From NCBI GenBank assembly GCA_027217645.1, contig GCA_027217645.1_4344.1: DNA of 41,360 nt; one strand, given 5' to 3'. A program made the translations under genes and the position numbers. This stretch comes from a phage. Under the pieces are notes generated by a model that saw only the letters and a program-made list of their open reading frames with translations, did no database searches and was not told where the DNA came from. Shown one piece after another: positions 22,785-31,467 of the stretch (positions are counted from its first letter, which is position 1; every line of letters starts with the position of its first letter).

Positions 22785-25057
22785 TATTTAAACCCCGGCG
22801 CATTTCTTGTGGCTTTGCGGGCCTTGCTAATCTTGCTGTTGCTATTCTGCAAAGAGGCAGCCACCTGCTCCTCGATGATGATTCGCAAACGGCCTTCGTC
22901 ATCTTGCTCAGTGGATACGTTGCCGATTTGAGAACTCGTGTTGTTTACGATAGTAACATTAGACGGGCCGGAAGAAGACCCGTTTTGCCCCATAATTTCT
23001 TTCATCTGCTGTGCTGTGCGAACACGAGATGCGCCAGCCGGCATAATAACTTCTGGTTTACCGCGTTCAGCGATAGTAGAAGCCTGCCCGGCGGATAACT
23101 GCCCACCCTGTTCACGTGCGGACCGGATAGCGGAAATCTGCGCCATACCTGCACCAACGGCAGCGGCAGCGGCTACAGGGGCTAGGAAGGGGCCAACAAC
23201 GGGGATAGCAGCCGTTGACTTGTACGCTTCAATGGCTGCGGTGTATGTGGCGATAGTGGCCTGCACAATAGCGAATGCCTTGTACGCGCCAGAAGCCTCA
23301 CCCAACGCAGACCCGATGTTTGAGGCCATGTTACCAAAGGCCGTTGCCGTTGCATCGGCACGTTTGGTTGCGTATTGCTCGTTGATGGCGTTAAGAGCGG
23401 CCTGATACTGCTTCTCGCTAATCAGCCCCTGTTCACGGTATTTATCAGCTACCGCCAGTTTCTGCTGTTCCTGGATGTCGAGAAGCTCAAGCTCAGTAGC
23501 GTTCTGACCCATAATCTGAGCCATGAAGTCGTCACCTTTCTGCTGCTTTTCCTGGGCTTCTTTCTGGCGTTTATCCAGTTCATCTTGCCGTTTTTGCCCG
23601 GCTTCGAGGACGATAGCTGTTTTAGCCTGTTCGTATTCTTTCAGCGACAGCGCGCCCTGGCTGTAGAACTCTTTTGCCTTAGCCAGTTTCTGCTGTTCCT
23701 GCGCGTCGATAGCCTTTAACTCATCGTTGTTCTGGCGAGCCAAAGTGTCGAGGTAATCCTGCGCCTGATTCCGCAATTGTTCTGCTTTCTTGGCGGCGGC
23801 TTTTGCCGCTTTATCGTCGGTGTTTCCTGCCCCGCCAGTTCCGCCCTTTTTATTAACAAGACTGGCTAAGTCAATTTCTTGCTTCTTGCGCTCGTCGTAC
23901 TGCTTGCGCTGTTCCTCAATTTCTTTCTTACGCTGCTTAGACCTGTTGGTAATGGCCTGTGATTCTGCCTCTGCGCGTTTTATGCTAGCGGCGTACGCGG
24001 CGTCGGCCTCTGCGGTCAGGTTTTTAAATGTTAGCGCCGCCGTTTTGCTCGGGTCAAACACGTCGGCAAGGGTCTGCCCTAACGCTACAGCGTAATCGTC
24101 GATGCGCTGGAACCACGCAATAACCTCGTGAAATGTCTGCTGGATGTCCGGCAACCACTCACGGATGGCATCCGGTATAGTCCCCAGCGAGTCAGACATA
24201 TCAACGGATTTGTCCTCGGTATCGAATGCCAGGTCATTCAAGGCGTCGGAAATAAACTTGAATGACTCATTGAACAGCGCCACCCAATCCTGGAGCGTGG
24301 CGGCTATCTCATTAGACGCGATGGCGTCGGTAAGCGCCGTGATAGCGTCTTCCGCTGTGGCCGCTTGCTCACCTACGGCGTCGCCAAAACCAGACTGCGC
24401 CACCGCAAGAACAAGACCGTCGAAGGAGTCCGCCAGGCTAGATAACTGACCATCTAAGGTCTTCGAGCGCGTCTCCATCGCTCCGGCGAAATCAGTGTTA
24501 CCGATATTTAGCAGGTATTTCTGAATCTCTTCGGAGTTCTTTTTAACCGTGGTCGTTACGCCACGGAACGTAAACGAAACTGTATCCGCCTGTTGGGAAG
24601 ACTTGATACCGAACTCTTTTAAGCGCTCAAATTCAAATGTACTGGCGTCGGCAACTGCCTCAATCATTTGGTTAAGGTCTTTGCCCATAGCTGCGGCGGT
24701 GTTGCCGTAGGATATTAACGCCTCTTTGCTGGGGTTAAGACCTAGCGCCACGAGCTTGGTAAACCCCTCTACCGCCTGATTGAGGCCATACGGAGTTTCT
24801 TTTGCGAACTGTTGCAGGACGCTGAATGCCTTAGCAGCGTTCTCGGCGCTCCCGGTCATTGTGATGAGGCCGGAGTTCAGCTTATCGAAGTTGCGCTGGG
24901 AGTCCACCAGCGCACTGAACACCTGTTTGGCAGTTTCCAGACTGACAACGGCAGCGGCGGCGGCCCCCGCGGCTTTGGTAAGCCCGTTCAGTTGTGATGT
25001 GGTTTTATCGACGCCGGTCGATGATACTCGTACGATCAAGCTAGCGGTATCAGCCAT
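22784..25057 (-). CDS. Tail tape measure protein
   Basis: Track ORF 22784..25072 with start at the ATG at 25057; long Ala/Gln/Glu/Lys-rich coiled-coil protein downstream of the G/T chaperone pair. Confidence 0.85.
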   Translation of the reverse strand: MADTASLIVRVSSTGVDKTTSQLNGLTKAAGAAAAAVVSLETAKQVFSALVDSQRNFDKLNSGLITMTGSAENAAKAFSVLQQFAKETPYGLNQAVEGFTKLVALGLNPSKEALISYGNTAAAMGKDLNQMIEAVADASTFEFERLKEFGIKSSQQADTVSFTFRGVTTTVKKNSEEIQKYLLNIGNTDFAGAMETRSKTLDGQLSSLADSFDGLVLAVAQSGFGDAVGEQAATAEDAITALTDAIASNEIAATLQDWVALFNESFKFISDALNDLAFDTEDKSVDMSDSLGTIPDAIREWLPDIQQTFHEVIAWFQRIDDYAVALGQTLADVFDPSKTAALTFKNLTAEADAAYAASIKRAEAESQAITNRSKQRKKEIEEQRKQYDERKKQEIDLASLVNKKGGTGGAGNTDDKAAKAAAKKAEQLRNQAQDYLDTLARQNNDELKAIDAQEQQKLAKAKEFYSQGALSLKEYEQAKTAIVLEAGQKRQDELDKRQKEAQEKQQKGDDFMAQIMGQNATELELLDIQEQQKLAVADKYREQGLISEKQYQAALNAINEQYATKRADATATAFGNMASNIGSALGEASGAYKAFAIVQATIATYTAAIEAYKSTAAIPVVGPFLAPVAAAAAVGAGMAQISAIRSAREQGGQLSAGQASTIAERGKPEVIMPAGASRVRTAQQMKEIMGQNGSSSGPSNVTIVNNTSSQIGNVSTEQDDEGRLRIIIEEQVAASLQNSNSKISKARKATRNAPGFK

Positions 25058-25382
25058 GATTTCTACCTTCAAAGATTGCTTCTAAGCCCATGATAATGTC
25101 TATCTCGAACAGGCTAAGCTGTTTTTGCGTAACATCGAGATAGGCTTTCAGGTCTTGCCACGTAACGGATTCTCTTGCGAACAATACTACAGCGTCCTCG
25201 CGCACGTGTCGCGTAAACTTAATGTCGCAGTACGTCTCGAAGGTGGATATAAAAAGGGGCGGGCATTCTGGCCCACCCCGTCGCGCTGCACGTTTTTTCT
25301 TATCGATTACACCCATCGCGATAAGCGCCTGTTCGTGTCCGTCGGCTATAGAATCAAACTCTCTGATTTTATGCTTATCCAC
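25050..25382 (-). CDS. Tail assembly chaperone T-like extension, probably made as a G-T fusion by -1 frameshift
   Basis: Track ORF 110 aa in the -1 frame relative to the G-like ORF; this frame is open from the TGA at about 25437 through the end of G; stop overlaps the tape measure start. Confidence 0.4.
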   Translation of the reverse strand: MDKHKIREFDSIADGHEQALIAMGVIDKKKRAARRGGPECPPLFISTFETYCDIKFTRHVREDAVVLFARESVTWQDLKAYLDVTQKQLSLFEIDIIMGLEAIFEGRNHG

Positions 25383-25414
25383 AAACTCATAGGTGGCGAA
25401 CCTGTACAGCGCGT

Positions 25415-25831
25415 CTACTTTTCCTGTAATGCTTTGCGCTCAGCGTTATGGAACGCTGCTACCTGTGTGCCTAATGCCTTGAACTGGTCCAGCAATTTGT
25501 TAAATGCTTCTTTAGAGAAAGGCTCATCAAAGCTCCAGCCGTTTACGACTTCTGCCGCGAGTTGCCGGTTGAGGCCTTCCGCCAGTTCGTTAATAGCCAG
25601 GTTATATTCAGTATAGTCGCCGGATTCTTTGGCGGCTTTTTCCAGTTCTTCGAAACGCGCCAACCCGCGACGGTACGCAATAATGAAAGCACGCCCCGCT
25701 TTAACGGCGACATCCGCATCGGGACTTACAACGTTAAGCCATTCACCGGAGTCTTCGCCGTTTGGCAGCAGAATGGGCATCTTCTTGCCTACCAGTGCTT
25801 TCTCTTCGAAATAAAAATCAGAAAGTTTCAT
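25415..25831 (-). CDS. Tail assembly chaperone (lambda G-like)
   Basis: Track ORF 138 aa; AAGGA RBS; position between the major tail region and tape measure; followed by a -1 frame ORF. Confidence 0.55.
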   Translation of the reverse strand: MKLSDFYFEEKALVGKKMPILLPNGEDSGEWLNVVSPDADVAVKAGRAFIIAYRRGLARFEELEKAAKESGDYTEYNLAINELAEGLNRQLAAEVVNGWSFDEPFSKEAFNKLLDQFKALGTQVAAFHNAERKALQEK

Positions 25832-25939
25832 TCTTTAATCCTTTGGTTAAGAGGTTACAGGTTAACGATAAATGCGCCAGACGGGAACCACCCGCTTTTC
25901 GTGTGCGACACTAGGCGCAAACTTATTCTATCACATTAC

Positions 25940-25968
25940 TTGCACACCCCAATATAATAGGGTACTAT
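25940..25968 (+). promoter_or_regulatory. Sigma70-like promoter, TTGCAC-N17-TACTAT class, driving the plus-strand cassette
   Basis: Seen in sequence: TTGCAC (25940-25945), 17 nt spacer, TACTAT (25963-25968); box AATAGGGTACTATT (25956-25969); near-identical to the minus-strand promoter at 3714-3742. Confidence 0.55.
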
Positions 25969-25998
25969 TCACTTACACCAACAATGAAGGGGTTTAAA

Positions 25999-26190
25999 AT
26001 GTCCAGTTTACCAGTTTCCTTAATTCTGTTTGCACTGCTCGCTTATTTCGCGCCTTTCCTGGTTGCGTACTTCCGTAACCATAAAGCGAAGTTAGCGATA
26101 TTCATGGCTAATCTGTTTCTTGGTTGGGTTCTGCTGCCGTGGGTATTTATCTTAATCTGGGCGTGCAACTCGAATGTCAAAGAGAAGTGA
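25999..26190 (+). CDS. Small two-helix membrane protein (superinfection-immunity-like or holin-like)
   Basis: Track ORF 25984..26190 with start at the ATG at 25999 (GAAGGGG RBS); two hydrophobic helices around a basic loop (YFRNHKAK). Confidence 0.5.
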   Translation: MSSLPVSLILFALLAYFAPFLVAYFRNHKAKLAIFMANLFLGWVLLPWVFILIWACNSNVKEK

Positions 26191-26227
26191 GCTAGTATAG
26201 GACAAATCCTAAACACGAGGAATAAGC

Positions 26228-27358
26228 ATGGCCAGGAAGAAAATAACCGACGAACAGTTACAGGAAGAATTGAACGCCGGTATGAAGAATATCGACATCG
26301 CCCGTAAATACGGCATCTCCGACCGCGTTATTCGTATCCGTAAAGCGAAGCTGGCTAAGAAAGGTGTAGGCCACGGGCGTGACGTTAGTTACCTTGTACC
26401 GGACGGCTACAAGATTAAAGGAACGTCATCACTGGTGGATGAGTTTGGCAACACCAAGTTGCAATGGGTTAAGACCGACACCGATGCCGAACGTCAGGTT
26501 GAATTGATGAAAGCCGTAATCGAAGGCATGAAGTCGGAGATTACACCAGTTGCACCTGTTAAAGCCGTTCGCGCCAAACGAGACGACAAGCTACTCAACC
26601 TTTACACTGTGTCTGATTTCCATCTCGGTATGCTGGCCTGGGCTGACGAGAGCGGCGACGACTGGGACATGAAGATTGCGGAAGACCTGTTCTCCCGCTG
26701 GTTCGACGCAGCGTTCCAGAAAGCACCGGATGCCGGAACAGGAGTTATTAATCTGCTGGGCGACCTTGCGCATTTCGATAGTCTGGACGCCGTTACACCT
26801 GCCAGTGGTCATGTTCTTGACGCTGACACCCGCTATCAGAAACTTGTACGCTACATGATTCGTATGGTCCGCCGTGTCATTGATATGGCTCTCGTTAAAC
26901 ATAAAAATGTTCGCTTGCTTATCGTGCAAGGTAACCACGACGAAAGCGGAATGATTTGGTTAGCTGAGATGTTTAGTACGCTGTACGACAATGAGCCGCG
27001 TGTGTTCGTCGATACGTCGCCGGATGTTTACAAGATGGTGCAACACGGCAAAACGACGCTGTTCTTCCATCATGGGCATAAAGCACGATTCGACGCTATC
27101 GAACCGGTTATGATCGCCAAGTTCCGCAAAGCGTTCGGCGAGAGTGTTTACAGCTACGCCCACGTGGGTCACCTGCACCACCAAAAGATTGTAGAAAGCC
27201 GTAACATGATTGTTGAGCAACACCGCACTCTCGCGGCTAAAGATGCATATGCCTCCCGCGGTGGGTGGATGTCGGGCCGCAGTGCAAACGTAATTACTTA
27301 TAGCGCCGAATATGGCGAGGTCGCACGTTTAACTATTTCACCGGAGATGCTTGGATGA
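26228..27358 (+). CDS. Calcineurin-like metallophosphoesterase with N-terminal HTH domain
   Basis: Track ORF 376 aa; N-terminal HTH-like DIARKYGISDRVIRIRKAKL; phosphoesterase motifs SDFHLG, GDLAHFD, GNHDE, GHLHH. Confidence 0.65.
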   Translation: MARKKITDEQLQEELNAGMKNIDIARKYGISDRVIRIRKAKLAKKGVGHGRDVSYLVPDGYKIKGTSSLVDEFGNTKLQWVKTDTDAERQVELMKAVIEGMKSEITPVAPVKAVRAKRDDKLLNLYTVSDFHLGMLAWADESGDDWDMKIAEDLFSRWFDAAFQKAPDAGTGVINLLGDLAHFDSLDAVTPASGHVLDADTRYQKLVRYMIRMVRRVIDMALVKHKNVRLLIVQGNHDESGMIWLAEMFSTLYDNEPRVFVDTSPDVYKMVQHGKTTLFFHHGHKARFDAIEPVMIAKFRKAFGESVYSYAHVGHLHHQKIVESRNMIVEQHRTLAAKDAYASRGGWMSGRSANVITYSAEYGEVARLTISPEMLG

Positions 27359-27840
27359 AAGATATTGTGATTTTCGATTTAGACGGGACATTGGCAGATG
27401 GTACTCATCGTTTACACCTGCTGCCGAAAGATAACTACGGCGAAACCTGGGCGTGGAAACCATTTAACATGGCGTGCAAAGACGATGCACCCATTAAAGA
27501 TAACATCGAACTGTGTAACGCCCTTAATCGTCGCTATGCCGTTATTATCTTAACAGGCCGTAGTGATGACGCGGAAAAAGAAACCAGAATGTGGTTGCAG
27601 CGCCACCGCGTCGAATTTTATCAGTTAATCATGCGCAGCAAACACGACAACAGAAAAGACATCGTAATTAAAGAAGAGGTGTTGCGTGCTATTGGGCCGG
27701 AGAGAATCTTGTGTGCATTCGACGACTCTCCAGCGGTAATAAAGCATTTCCGCGAACTCGGCATAACCACTCACGCAGTTACTGAATACGACTGTAACGG
27801 GAACTCTACACACTTAAAACCACATGGGAGTGATAAATAA
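27355..27840 (+). CDS. HAD-superfamily phosphatase (nucleotidase or polynucleotide-phosphatase-like)
   Basis: Track ORF 161 aa; N-terminal FDLDGTL catalytic motif; ATGA overlap with upstream gene. Confidence 0.6.
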   Translation: MKDIVIFDLDGTLADGTHRLHLLPKDNYGETWAWKPFNMACKDDAPIKDNIELCNALNRRYAVIILTGRSDDAEKETRMWLQRHRVEFYQLIMRSKHDNRKDIVIKEEVLRAIGPERILCAFDDSPAVIKHFRELGITTHAVTEYDCNGNSTHLKPHGSDK

Positions 27841-28394
27841 TGGCTAAGGTAATTATTCTTAATGGTCCTGCGGGCTGCGGGAAAGACACACTTGCTAGGG
27901 TGCTGGTAGAAATGGGCTTTGCGAAGGGTGTCGCCAGTTTCAAGAATCCGATGTTCAATATTGCTATGGCTGCGTTAGGCCAGGATGCTTACCGCGAGTT
28001 TCTCGACGGCTACGACGACCGGGCGCGGAAAGAAAAGCCAGAGGGTTTCCTTAACGGGTTGTCTCGGCGTCAGTTCATGATTGCCATTTCCGAGCAATTC
28101 ATTAAACCGGTATTCGGTGATGATTATTTCGGTAAGTATCTTGCCGGAAACTTGCCCGACGGCGACGAAGTTTTTGTGGTGTCTGATGGCGGGTTCGCCA
28201 GCGAAGTAGCCCCTATCGTTGCCGCGGGGCATGATGTGAGAATCGTCCGCTTGCACAGAGACGGCCATACGTTTGAAGGGGACAGCCGCGGTTACCTGTA
28301 CGATATTAATGGTGTAAAAGATTATGACACCTACATCATACCGGGTTACGTTAAATCGAACGCTATAGGCATTGCTTTAAGATTAGGTTTGTAA
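27840..28394 (+). CDS. Deoxynucleoside monophosphate kinase-like P-loop kinase
   Basis: Track ORF 184 aa; Walker A GPAGCGKDT with the GKDT signature seen in T4/T5-type dNMP kinases. Confidence 0.6.
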   Translation: MAKVIILNGPAGCGKDTLARVLVEMGFAKGVASFKNPMFNIAMAALGQDAYREFLDGYDDRARKEKPEGFLNGLSRRQFMIAISEQFIKPVFGDDYFGKYLAGNLPDGDEVFVVSDGGFASEVAPIVAAGHDVRIVRLHRDGHTFEGDSRGYLYDINGVKDYDTYIIPGYVKSNAIGIALRLGL

Positions 28395-28396
28395 GA

Positions 28397-28427
28397 AAAA
28401 GGCCCCGTTTGGGGCCTTAGTTTTATG
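28397..28427. terminator. Bidirectional rho-independent terminator (identical to 15969-15999)
   Basis: Seen in sequence: same 31 bp hairpin plus flanking A/T runs; the major tail gene stop codon lies in the T tract. Confidence 0.7.
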
Positions 28428-29595
28428 CGTATGTGATACGCTGAATAACAATAGACGACTGGTACTGGTTGCCAGTAGCCTGACCTTCAATAGACTGAGT
28501 GATTGACTCAGGTCCTCCAATCTCAGGTGTAACCGCCGTAAGTTCTGCACGTTTCAAACTGAAAGACATAGCCCCGTTTACCCCAGCCAGAATAGAGTTA
28601 ATCTCCACCTGCTGCTCGTTGATAAACTTCTGAATCATCGCCATGTCGTACAGCTTACCGGAGATGGAGAAGGTGTTAGCTGCTCGGCTACGCTCCACAA
28701 ACGCTACGTTAGTGTTGCCGAGTTCGAACTGTGCGGACGCGCTGTTGTCGTTGGTGATGGTCAGGCTGTCGCAACGCAACGGCGTAGAACCGTCGAACAC
28801 AGAAACATCTACCGAGGAGAATGGCTCGTCACCAAACGTAACAGAGGAGAAATCAGAACCATACGGCTGCGTGGTGAGAATCTCCTGACTGCGACCGATG
28901 AACGGGAAGCTGCCAGTTACCATAGCGTTAACAGCCTGTTCGATGGTAAAACCAGAAACTTCCACGCCTTTGGTTAGTGTGTACGCGTCAGTCCCGCCGC
29001 ACTGGCCTTTGTACCAGGTAAGGATAGAGAACGTCTTACACGTGTTACCGGTTTCCAGCGTGTCGCCGGTTTTAGCCTTACTAGTTTTTGTCTCGGTGGT
29101 CAGGGTGTGTTGGATGCCCGCACCGGTAACAACCGTAGCCGTTACTGCAGTAACAATAAATGGTTTTGCGTTATCGCCTGTTAAATCGGTAAATGCAATC
29201 AGGTCGCCTACCTCAACTCCGTCAGTGATAAAACTGCCGGTAGCGCGTGTGAACGTCTTGCCCGCGGGTGCGACGGTAATCGACAGACTGGACAGGGAAA
29301 CACCGGATTGCCACGTAGAGCCTAAAGCACCAGCCAGCCAGTCATCCTGGCTTTTCGAGCTAAGCTCGATCGCGTATTCACCGCTAACCTGTTTGTTACC
29401 GGTGCGGATGGATGTAGTTTCACGGCTGCCGTCCAGTTCGTTGGAGGTCAGCGTGTCGCGGGTGATAGCAGGAACACCGCCAGTGTTACGCAATGGCGAC
29501 CAGACCGGGTTAGTCGGTGTTACGCCAGGGGTAGTTTCTGCCACATAGAATTGCGCAGTATTCGCGCCCTTAAAAGGAGTTGTAGCCATATTCAC
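28423..29595 (-). CDS. Major tail (tube) protein candidate
   Basis: Track ORF 390 aa; last and largest gene of the tail-shaft block, ending at a terminator. Confidence 0.5.
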   Translation of the reverse strand: MNMATTPFKGANTAQFYVAETTPGVTPTNPVWSPLRNTGGVPAITRDTLTSNELDGSRETTSIRTGNKQVSGEYAIELSSKSQDDWLAGALGSTWQSGVSLSSLSITVAPAGKTFTRATGSFITDGVEVGDLIAFTDLTGDNAKPFIVTAVTATVVTGAGIQHTLTTETKTSKAKTGDTLETGNTCKTFSILTWYKGQCGGTDAYTLTKGVEVSGFTIEQAVNAMVTGSFPFIGRSQEILTTQPYGSDFSSVTFGDEPFSSVDVSVFDGSTPLRCDSLTITNDNSASAQFELGNTNVAFVERSRAANTFSISGKLYDMAMIQKFINEQQVEINSILAGVNGAMSFSLKRAELTAVTPEIGGPESITQSIEGQATGNQYQSSIVIQRITYA

Positions 29596-30008
29596 AGCCT
29601 CTTGGTGAATGCAATAAAGTTAATTGACAATGGTCGTTTGGCCCATCCGTTTTCTACAATCAGCGGCCCCAGGCTAACCGATTGAACCTCGGCGCAGATG
29701 TCGTTACGAGAAAATGACTTACCTGCTTTGAATGCCGTGTTAAGTAAGTCTGCCATTTTATTGATTGGCGCGCTACCTTTCACCGATGCGTAGTTAATGT
29801 CGACCTGATAAACACCCGCGCGTTGTTCCGTGAAGAACAAATCTGCTTGCTCGGTATCCGCCAGTAACATGTAACTTGCCAGATATGGCGTATCGGTTGA
29901 CGTCGGCGCGTCGATGTTTTCAAGCGCGACCTTGATGCCGTTGGCGGTTCCGAAGGCTACCAGCGGAACATCGAACGCTTTTGTTAAGTCCTCAAAGTAG
30001 CCCATCAT
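29592..30008 (-). CDS. Tail completion / tail terminator-like protein
   Basis: Track ORF 138 aa; ATGA coupling on both sides; assigned by position. Confidence 0.4.
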   Translation of the reverse strand: MMGYFEDLTKAFDVPLVAFGTANGIKVALENIDAPTSTDTPYLASYMLLADTEQADLFFTEQRAGVYQVDINYASVKGSAPINKMADLLNTAFKAGKSFSRNDICAEVQSVSLGPLIVENGWAKRPLSINFIAFTKRL

Positions 30009-30400
30009 TTCACCTTGTTGGCTTCTTCGTTAATGAGTTGCTGGAAGCGAGACACATTAGTCCTGACAACCCCGGCTGGCGCCTGTTGCGACCAACCATA
30101 CTCCAGCCGTTGCGCATACGGCAGATTATTTGTCAGCGTGAACTCATGCCAGTCAGCGGCTTTCAGCACGAAACTCGTAGCGTTTCCGGTTGCTGTGTTT
30201 CCTGATTTATCCGTAGCGTCCGTAATCCCGGAAGCAGGGGTACCGCCAGATGCCATCCAGTTCATACGAAAGCGGCCCGTGTCTACCGGACTCGCCTTTA
30301 TAATAGCGGAAAACAGCTTGATAGACACCTGACGCATCACCTTCTCAGGGTTCTTCTTCGCCTTTTCCACGAACTTAGAGACATCGAGCGCGAAACTCAT
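30005..30400 (-). CDS. HK97 gp10-like head-tail joining protein
   Basis: Track ORF 131 aa; FTLTNNLPYAQRLEYGWSQQAPAG resembles the conserved core of the HK97 gp10 family. Confidence 0.55.
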   Translation of the reverse strand: MSFALDVSKFVEKAKKNPEKVMRQVSIKLFSAIIKASPVDTGRFRMNWMASGGTPASGITDATDKSGNTATGNATSFVLKAADWHEFTLTNNLPYAQRLEYGWSQQAPAGVVRTNVSRFQQLINEEANKVK

Positions 30401-30756
30401 TTTCTCACCTGAATAAAGTACGCCACGACGTCATCGTTAACCATCTTCTTCTCAATAGCTACGATGGACCATTGCTCGCCGCCGAATTGCACCTTGTCTT
30501 CCATCTTCGGAACGACGCTGTAATCGGCTTTAACAATCATGTCGCCAGCCTGAATCGTCGTACCGTTTACCAGTCCCGCGTTTACCGGAACCGGAACGGC
30601 CTTCAACGGCAACACTTCATCCGCAGACCAGACGTACTCACCGAGAACTTCATCCCATACTTTTGAACCAGCGCGAATCAGAGATACCGTGCTACCGAAT
30701 TTGGTTAGCAGGCGCGTACCCACGCCTTGCATACGTTTACTGAAAGCGGTGCTCAT
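30397..30756 (-). CDS. Head-tail joining protein candidate
   Basis: Track ORF 30397..30837 trimmed to the ATG at 30756 with AGAGGTG RBS. Confidence 0.4.
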   Translation of the reverse strand: MSTAFSKRMQGVGTRLLTKFGSTVSLIRAGSKVWDEVLGEYVWSADEVLPLKAVPVPVNAGLVNGTTIQAGDMIVKADYSVVPKMEDKVQFGGEQWSIVAIEKKMVNDDVVAYFIQVRK

Positions 30757-30850
30757 TTTAGCACCTCTTGCAGCGTCAAAAGAACACCGTAACTGTGCAA
30801 GACTACCGCGGTAAGAAAACCAAAAACTACACCACATGTGAACTTATTCA

Positions 30851-31465
30851 TCAAGCGGCCTCCAGTCTCGAAATAACCAGTAGCGCGGACGGTGCTGTGC
30901 CCCATGCTGTTACGGTAGCGGCTTGTGGGTACACGCCGCCGAAGTTGCTTCCGGCACCATCCCGCATAATCTGAACGGCAAACGTCTGGCCTGCTGCGGG
31001 GTTAATAACGACGCGGGATTCAATCGGGATGGTCACGTCCGCGCTTACCAGCTTAGTTGCTGCGGGAGAGCCGTACTGAGCACCGTTTACTAAAATACGT
31101 GATAGCAGGATTGATGTCCCACTAGCGCCAGTACGCCCCGCCTGTAACTTGATGCGAACGGCGTAGTTACCCGCGGTGTTGAATGTAACAAGCCCTGCGG
31201 CATTAATCATTACCGGGTTAGACGCGCCTCCCTGGGCAGCACCGAAAGTTATTTGCAATGCTATGTCCACTGCGGATGGTGCTTGTATTACAGTGGACGC
31301 GGCACGGAGAACTTCAACCTCTTTCACCCCGGGAGTGGCATAGATAGGCGAATCTGCCATCTGCGTCATTACTTCGTGTAACTTCTCGGGTGTGATAAGC
31401 CCGGTGGTGTTATCGGGAAGGTTAGCGCCGATAAGGGCAAACATCTCTGTTTTGGTCTTTGCCAT
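30851..31465 (-). CDS. Hypothetical virion protein
   Basis: Track ORF 204 aa; Ala/Gly/Thr-rich, beta-rich appearance; between connector and joining genes. Confidence 0.4.
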   Translation of the reverse strand: MAKTKTEMFALIGANLPDNTTGLITPEKLHEVMTQMADSPIYATPGVKEVEVLRAASTVIQAPSAVDIALQITFGAAQGGASNPVMINAAGLVTFNTAGNYAVRIKLQAGRTGASGTSILLSRILVNGAQYGSPAATKLVSADVTIPIESRVVINPAAGQTFAVQIMRDGAGSNFGGVYPQAATVTAWGTAPSALLVISRLEAA

Positions 31466-31467
31466 TT

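Noticed and set aside
22938-24449. Plus-strand track ORFs (up to 155 aa) across the tape measure gene
   Set aside because: Antisense to the tape measure gene; repetitive Ala/Leu/Phe-rich translations reflect its biased composition.
25984-25998. Track start codon at 25984 for the small membrane protein
   Set aside because: No Shine-Dalgarno precedes it, whereas the in-frame ATG at 25999 follows GAAGGGG at ideal spacing; the shorter start was used.
28898-29548. Plus-strand track ORF (216 aa) inside the major tail gene
   Set aside because: Antisense to a coupled minus-strand structural gene; Val/Pro/Ser-rich translation without motifs.
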